Made by a program: the position numbers and the translations under genes
Shown: one piece after another, positions 57,001 through 64,000 of the stretch
How positions within the stretch are numbered: position 1 is the stretch's first letter
How the letters are laid out: the number at the start of each line of letters is the position of its first letter
The notes under the pieces: model-generated
The model's input: only the letters and a program-made list of their open reading frames with translations
Databases searched by the model: none
Told to the model about the DNA's origin: nothing
Source: Hydrolagus affinis
Taxonomy: Eukaryota
Assembly (NCBI GenBank): GCA_012026655.1
Contig: JAAILG010000323.1
Location: forward strand, 1-64,000
DNA: 64,000 nt
Direction: 5' to 3'

Positions 57001-59171
57001 AGTTAACATACCCACAGGGGAAATAACCCATCAGATAATGGTGAACAAGTGGAGCTAACTCATGTGAAGCTGGAGCATTGTCAAACAGATACATTAAATG
57101 GGCTGACTTGACTTTATAAGGATCACCTGGAAGTCTTAGATTAAAGAGTGTGGCCATCAACCCTGCCTTTCCAGGATCATAAACTGGGAAAGGCTGAACA
57201 GTGGCTGATGCCATTGCACCCCCGGAGAAGGGGAGGAGTTGTTTGGCATAATGTATGCCTATGCCACGATTATTGGATCTGAGCTGTTGTTTTGCACAAA
57301 TTGGCTGTCCCCCTCACCTACAAAATACTGTACTGTACTTGACAGTAAATCCTGTGAAGCACTTTGAGACAACCTCCTGAAGTGATAGTTGCTACGTCAA
57401 ATGCAAGTATTATCAGTATCTATTATCTATTCTGTGTATAAGGGTATTCAACTGAATGTTCTCCGCCTTCTGCAGATAGTAGCTATTGAATGCCAGAGGA
57501 AGCCAGGAGAAGTTGACATGCCTCACCCAGAGGTGAAGAGATGACTTTTAATCCTTTTAATGGTCCTCCTGGTCTTAACAGTAGATTGCAATCTTCACTC
57601 CTCTATAAACCCTGTATTCCATTACCAATCTTGCAGCAACTTTAGATAAAACACGGCAGCTTGTAGTCTCACACTGATACATTACACTGAAGCTTGCCAG
57701 TCCCTGCCCTTCAGTCCTGCCCACAACAGAATGTGCATTTAATTAGAGATTTCCTCTTGTGAGGAAAAGCTAATGATCTATGCCCAGAATTTAATCCTTT
57801 CATTAAACTATTTCTTCAAAAGCTTCCTAACTTGCAGCATTTTACAGAATCACATGTTTATCCAATCCAGTCAAATCCTGACTGAAACCAATCCACCACC
57901 AAGCTGTCACTGTATGTTCATGGCTATATGTGGCTGCACACAAATGTGTTTTTGTATAGTTATATGGGTATGTTTACGTTTGCTCTCACATTTTTATGTA
58001 GGGGTGTAATAATAATAATACAGCAATAAAGTCTGTTTTTTTTTGACCCAGACGGTAAGATTTAAAACCTATGTTTTCAGCTGCATTTTTGCCATCTTTC
58101 GCCACCACTCCTCCAAAATAATAATACTAATAAAATAATAATAATCCTTGCATCTGATTATAGCGCCTTATCACGTTCTTCGAGATGTCTCAAAGTGCTT
58201 CACAGAATATAATGTAAAGCGTAGTGACTGTGTATTTTTGTGGGCAAAAGGTATAGATGTGTATGTGCACATAGACATGTTTCCATAGGAGTATATAAGT
58301 AACTGTGGGTAGTCTGGAGTATAAGGATATGCACATTCAGTAACTGAGTTTGTGGAGGTGTGTTTCTGGGCGTGTGCATGCAGAGATTCAGTCTGTCAGT
58401 TTTGACATGTATGACTAAGTTACAGTTACATAACTGGGCAAATTATGTAATGCACGACAGGATGTGGAAATACATTGTAAACCTGGCTGCTGATTTGTGA
58501 GTTGCTGACTGTGTAAATGCTGCAGCTGCTGCTCGCACAGGTGCCTGCGTTGTATAACAGTCTTTTAAAGCCACACAGTGACAGCTGCAATATTTGGGAT
58601 TGGAAATGTCATCTTATCATGTTATCTGCAAAATCTCTGCCTGCATACTCCCGCACAGCGATCCGCATATTCAAACAGTAAAACACCACGTGAGAGAAAT
58701 CAAAGCGGGTAAAACAGTCAAACGTTCACCTTCGGCAGAGGATTGGAGACTAATAGCTGCAGGACAGGTGGGGCTGCACAATGGGACGACTGATCAATGA
58801 TCTTCTGGCCAACAGTCCTGGCCAAACTCTTCCATATGAGATGGTCATTCACTTCATAGCAAAGATTTACAAAGAATGTCCAGCACAGAAACAGGCACAA
58901 CAGCCCAAAACAGTGCTGGTGTTTATACTTCACAGTGGATCTTCTCCTGTTCCTTATTCCCTCTCTTAACTTCTATTCCCCTCTCCCTCATATAAAGGTC
59001 TATCTTCTAGCTATTTGTGGAAACGTATTACGTGCAAAAGAGGTGCAAATACACCAACAACAGCAACAACAAAATTACATTTGTATAATGCCTTTCCTGT
59101 CCCAAAGTGAAAGGCATTACAAATGGTGGTAATTATCCGAGTAGCTATTTAAGATATTTGGGGCAGGAGGT

Positions 59172-59465
59172 GTTGGCAGGTTTTCTTGCTCCACACTCCT
59201 CAGTTCACCCAGCGGTGGGTGGGAGCCCTGTTTTTGGTTGATTAGCGGATCAGTTTTCTGGAGGGGTAATAATCCCTTCCAAAAATAAATAAAAATAATA
59301 GGTTGATCACTCAGTCTGTAACTGTTTGCGGGATACTGCTGTGCGCAATTGGATACCACGTTTCTCCCACAAAGTACACAGTCAATCCACTTTACAGGGC
59401 ATTCCATGAAGCACTTTGAGATTCTCAAAGATGTAATGTCAAATGCAAGGTTTATTATTATTATT
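59172..59465 (+). mobile_element. Family A SINE, long form, head missing
   Basis: Core, CACCCAGCGGTGGGTGGGAGCCC segment and tail. Confidence 0.7.
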
Positions 59466-62400
59466 TTAATGGGATAAGGTGCTATAAAAATCCTGTATAA
59501 AGGTTCTACATGAAAGTACTTTTTTCAGCTAACTCCTGTGGTAAACTACCTCTTTAATAGTGTATCAACGTTCCTCACATCTACATAAGGTGGGGTGGGG
59601 TGCGGGGGCTGATTAGCAGAAGGAGGAAAGTGAGTAGATGGGAGGCAGCTCTCGTGATGGAGGAGTTCATTTGTGGAGTTTGTGAACCCGGAGTCTCAAT
59701 AAAATGGGGTTAAAAATACTCATCCAAAGTGTCGGCGAAACTATGTCCTTGCTCTCTCACTCTCTATATCCTAACATAAGCTGGTGAACTATGGTTTAAA
59801 AAAGGTAACTATTTTAAACTTAGTTTAAGGCAAGTAAATCTAATTATGCTCTTAACTAAAATAATAATCCTTGCATTTGATAGAGCACCTTTCACGTCAG
59901 AAGGACGTCTTAAAGTATCACCTGATTTATTGTAAAGTGCAACGACTTATGTATTTGTGGACGAATGCAGCAATCAATTTATGCACAGCAGTGTTAAACA
60001 AACAGCCATGAATTGAATGAACATCAGTTTCAAAGAGGAGCAGAGAATGTCTCCAGATACCTGGGCTGATATCACACAAGTGTACACAAATTCAGATTGT
60101 AATTGCCTATTCATCTCATTGTTGTTTGTAGGACTAGCTACTGGTAATTAAATCCAATTTTTTTTTAGGTATCTCCTGTGTTTCTATCCCCATTAAAAAC
60201 AATCATTTCATTTGAAATCTCTTCTGGAAAGCTCTCCGTAACATTTTGTTTGGATGTAATTACGTGTAACCCATGGCTAGAGTCATACAATGAGGAAGGA
60301 GCTGATATTTCAGAGGTGTGTGTTTTGTCCTTTTAGCCTCAGAGTTTTATGAATGTCGGTCTGTGGTTTGGAAATGGTCAGAGGTGAAGGGCACTTTTGC
60401 TTTTGAGTAGTATATACTTTTTGGGCTTGTGGTAACCGGTAACTCGATATTAGCCTAGATCAGGGTGTTTGGAGCTGAGAGGCTGCATCGTGGCGGCAGA
60501 ATGATGACGCTCAGTATAGGCCGAGAGAAGATAAATGTCAGATTGCTCTCCTGTTGATCCCTTTGATAGGACTCATCTGCTCTGATATTATCTATAAGAA
60601 CTCATACCTGATAAAAGCACCACCTGCTCCCTGACCTTGCTAGACTACACAAAGAGTCCGTGGCAATTAACAGGATTCCTTACGTGCGCACTGAATATTA
60701 CAAAAACTGCTGCAACGACACTTTCAGCGAATCACAGTGTCACTGCACGTTCCTTTCTCTTTAATTCCGTCCTTCAGGTGAGACATTAAACCAAGGTCCC
60801 GGCTGCCAACACTAACGATTCCCACAGAACTATTCAAAAGAGAAATACATTTTGTCTGATGCCCTGGCCAACACTCCCCCGCCCACCCTCGGATAAAATT
60901 TGATCCTTCAGTTCATGACTGTTTGTGGGACCTTTCTGCGGCAACCCTGATCTGATTCCTCAATGGTTCTAGCCCCCAGTGTGAATTCAGCCCCTTGGGA
61001 CATCCTCCCAACCCGAAAGGCGCTCTAAAAATATAATTGTGGTGTTGTTGTTGAATATCATGTGTTGGATCCCATAATGGAAAACCAGCCCAGAATGATG
61101 TGATGAGAATCCCTTCATTCTGTTACCTGGTTGAGATCCACATGAGTTGAGTTTGCACTGTTTCAATCCAATTGCCAGTGGGTGAAGGCAGTCGGATTAA
61201 TCAAGATCATGGATAATGATTGGTGCGGTAAATAGAAATATTCACACTGGTGCATCAAGCGTCTCTCGTCTAAATCTAGAGGCAAACATTGAAGCCCATC
61301 TCAGTGGGGAAAAGTATTGGGAGCTTCACAAGCTGAGATACTTAAACTCATAAATTCACAACAAAAGTCACTCTCTCACCCAATGGTTGGAACAGCAAGC
61401 ACTTGTTTCAGAGTGGCTTGGTCAGTGACTGGAGCAGCTACATAGCTCCCGCTTTGCTGATTTGTTGAATCCCTCTCGTGTTGGGGATGAGTTTTGTTCC
61501 TCTTGACTGCAGTTTGTTTATGACCTGAGCCCTTAAGTTATAGCGACTGGAACTGTATCCAGTAATTAAGTGACAAGAGTTTGAATGTGACTTCTACAGA
61601 TCTGACCTGATTTGGCAATGTGACCTGTTTGCCTTGTTTATTGTTGCCACACACTGGATCACCGAGTGACGAGTCAACTAACGTCCCTAAATCTTATAGT
61701 TTGTTGATTGACATTAGTTGAAGTGAGGAGGAAACTGTCTTTGAGAAATCTAATCCATACAAACTGTCTCACGGGTTGTTTTCATTCATTTGATTAGTAG
61801 ATAAGGTTGTTTCTGAAAGCATGCTTCAGCAAAACATCACCACAGTGGTGCTTGAAGACCAGAGGAAGGTGGATTTATCTAATGCAGGCTATTCTTAATA
61901 AGAGTGCAGGGATTAAATTAGAGGGATTATGTAAAGGATCCAATATACATTGTATGCAATGAATCCAGTGCTGACTGTAAAAACGCTATCCTTTGTCATT
62001 CCTGAGCTATGATTTGGTTGCACACCGTGTGAGCAATACTTGATTAGCTTTTCTTTCTCACTGGGACATCATGTACTTGCTCAGATTATTCATAAAACAT
62101 CTCAATGCTAACCAGTGCATGACTCTTGTCAGGTGAACAAGTTTGTAATCTCTTATAAAGATTAAAACGTGGATTCCAAAACTAGGAGCCCATTGAGCCA
62201 CACACACACACACGTGGCTAATGTTAATTTATATCCCATTATTTTGTGTCAAATGCTTTGAGATGTTCCTTTATTTAAAAGAACAGGAAACAGTGTTCCA
62301 TAAATGTAGTTATTCTTCTTCTTGATCAGTTTCTCGGTTGTTTTAAGAGCTCTCTCTTTCCCTTCTATTTCTTTCCCATTGGGTATAAATTAATTCACCA

Positions 62401-62611
62401 AAAATGAGGGTGAGATGACAGTTTATCCTTTAAAGATATTCTTTAAAGGCTAGCAAATCTTTCCAAAAAAAAATTGTCATGCGGGACTGTAATGCACTCT
62501 GTATATCTTATACATTCTTATGTTGCGATGTGTTCAGTAAAATAGTATTAAAATATAGTAAGAATTACACTGGGAAAAGATCCTCTTGTTACAATATTCC
62601 AATATATTTTA

Positions 62612-62912
62612 GCTGTTAGAATATACTGTAAAGTGAATTGACTGTATATCCTGTGGGCAAAACGCGCAGGCAACTATTCACATCAGTGTCCCACTAACAG
62701 TCATGGATTGAGTGACCTATTTATTATTTTTTTGGAAGGAATTATTACCCCCGGAAAAGCGATCCGTCAATCGACCCACAACCGGGTTCCTACTTACTGC
62801 TCGGTAAAGCATGTGAAGTAAGGAAACTTGCCCAACGTTTTGCCCTCCCGGGAATGGAACCCAGGTCCTCCTGCTTGCGAGGGGAGTGATCTTGCCTCTG
62901 AGCTACAGGACT
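62612..62912 (-). mobile_element. Family A SINE, long form
   Basis: Head, core, extra CCGAGCAGTAAGTAGGAACCCGG segment and partial tail. Confidence 0.82.
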
Positions 62913-63704
62913 GACTCCACAGACTCCTATAGTTCCCTTGCCTGGCTGAGTATCACTAAGCAGGGAGGCCGGCTGGAGCTCCACTGGCCTGACTTAATGT
63001 CCTTAAGCAGGGAGTGTTGCTCGAATCCACGGCTGAGCATCCCTAAGCAGAAGGTTCAACATTGATCTCCCAGAAGGTTCCTCAATTCAGCAAAACACAG
63101 GGTTGGATTGGGTGGATTATCTTAAACCGCCATCTGTTGCCCCCTCCAATAATTATCAAAATGAGAAAATCAATTAATTAAACAAATATGAGAGTTATTT
63201 GAAACCATTTAGTGAAGCAAATTAAACGGGGACTTTAGCAAAAGGGGGTGGATACCCTGCAGGGAGATGCTTGATAGAGCACTGTAAGTAATGCATCACC
63301 GAGTGGGTAATTAACACTGCCAGTCCATCTGCCGAGGGAATTAACATTGTGACAGTCACATCACAGGCACCATGTCTGGGCACTTGCACAAGAGAGCTTG
63401 AACTGTTGGATCAATGTAATGAATTGTGCCAGTGGGCCCTTTGGAGATCAGAGTACTAGGATTGGTCAGAGAGCGAGCAGTTCATTGAGGAGAGCAGGAA
63501 CAAGACACTAAGTGAGACAGCGAGAGATTAATACTGTGCAAACTATCTCAAACCCTCCAATCTAGTGTGTAAAGGTTTTACAAGTTATCTGGCTTAGTGA
63601 TTCTATGTACAGTACAACATCCAGGACTGCACCACAACAAAGCCCATCAGTGTAAATGGCTGCCTCACTGTTACCAATAAATAATCATTGACCAGCTATT
63701 GCTA

Positions 63705-64000
63705 TAATAGTAATAATAATAATCCTTGCATTTGATATAGCGCTTTCCGTGTCTTTTAGACGTCCCAAAGCGCTTCATAGAGTACACTGTAAAGTGAATT
63801 GATTGTATATATGTGGGAGAAACACGGCAGCCAATTGCACAACAACAACTTCAATTTATATAGCGCCCTCCATGCTGGATGGCATCTCAGAGCGCTTCAC
63901 AATAATGGATCCCGAGCCAGGGGGAGGGGGGAAAATGGCGGTTGGGTCACAGCAGTGTCTCACATAAAATTGTAGATTGAAATAACTAATTTATTATTGT
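63705..64000 (-). mobile_element. Family A SINE interrupted by a second L2-type tail (about 63842-63947)
   Basis: SINE breaks at CCAATTGCACA and resumes at CACAGCAGTG; the inserted tail matches copies near 16640(+) and 54850(-). Confidence 0.75.

Noticed and set aside
56777-57214. 145-aa ATG-initiated minus-strand ORF upstream of NR2E3
   Set aside because: No recognisable homology (not THSD4-like) and no supporting exon structure.

Overview
This is vertebrate nuclear DNA, most likely a cartilaginous fish (possibly a chimaera). That call is inferred from the compact introns and the CR1/L2/Deu-SINE repeat mix and is not verified. Two genes lie tail-to-tail. On the + strand is the 3' part of MYO9A: 28 coding exons read by hand (1874-34088), all GT-AG and phase-consistent, about 1944 aa. 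They cover the end of the motor domain with its loop-2 insertion, six IQ motifs, a 1821-nt tail exon, C1, RhoGAP and a C-terminus ending EFMV. On the - strand is a complete 8-exon NR2E3 (photoreceptor nuclear receptor, 48831-40374, 403 aa). The last ~15 kb is NR2E3 upstream sequence with CRX/OTX and NRL-type motif clusters. Repeats include about 20 copies of a tRNA-headed SINE with an L2-type tail, older Deu-type SINEs, L2 3' ends, one young CR1 fragment and TcMar-type MITEs; there are four 100-N gaps. I found no convincing new gene system. The best leads are an inverted SINE pair around a symmetric stop-free 1821-nt MYO9A exon (circRNA candidate), a SINE tail forming the NR2E3 exon-4 acceptor region, SINE-borne CRX motifs, a QKI/RBFOX-flanked 54-nt cassette exon, an unexplained ~110-bp inverted duplication upstream of NR2E3, a hairpin with degenerate hammerhead-like cores between the genes, and retroelements nested inside other elements' 3' ends.
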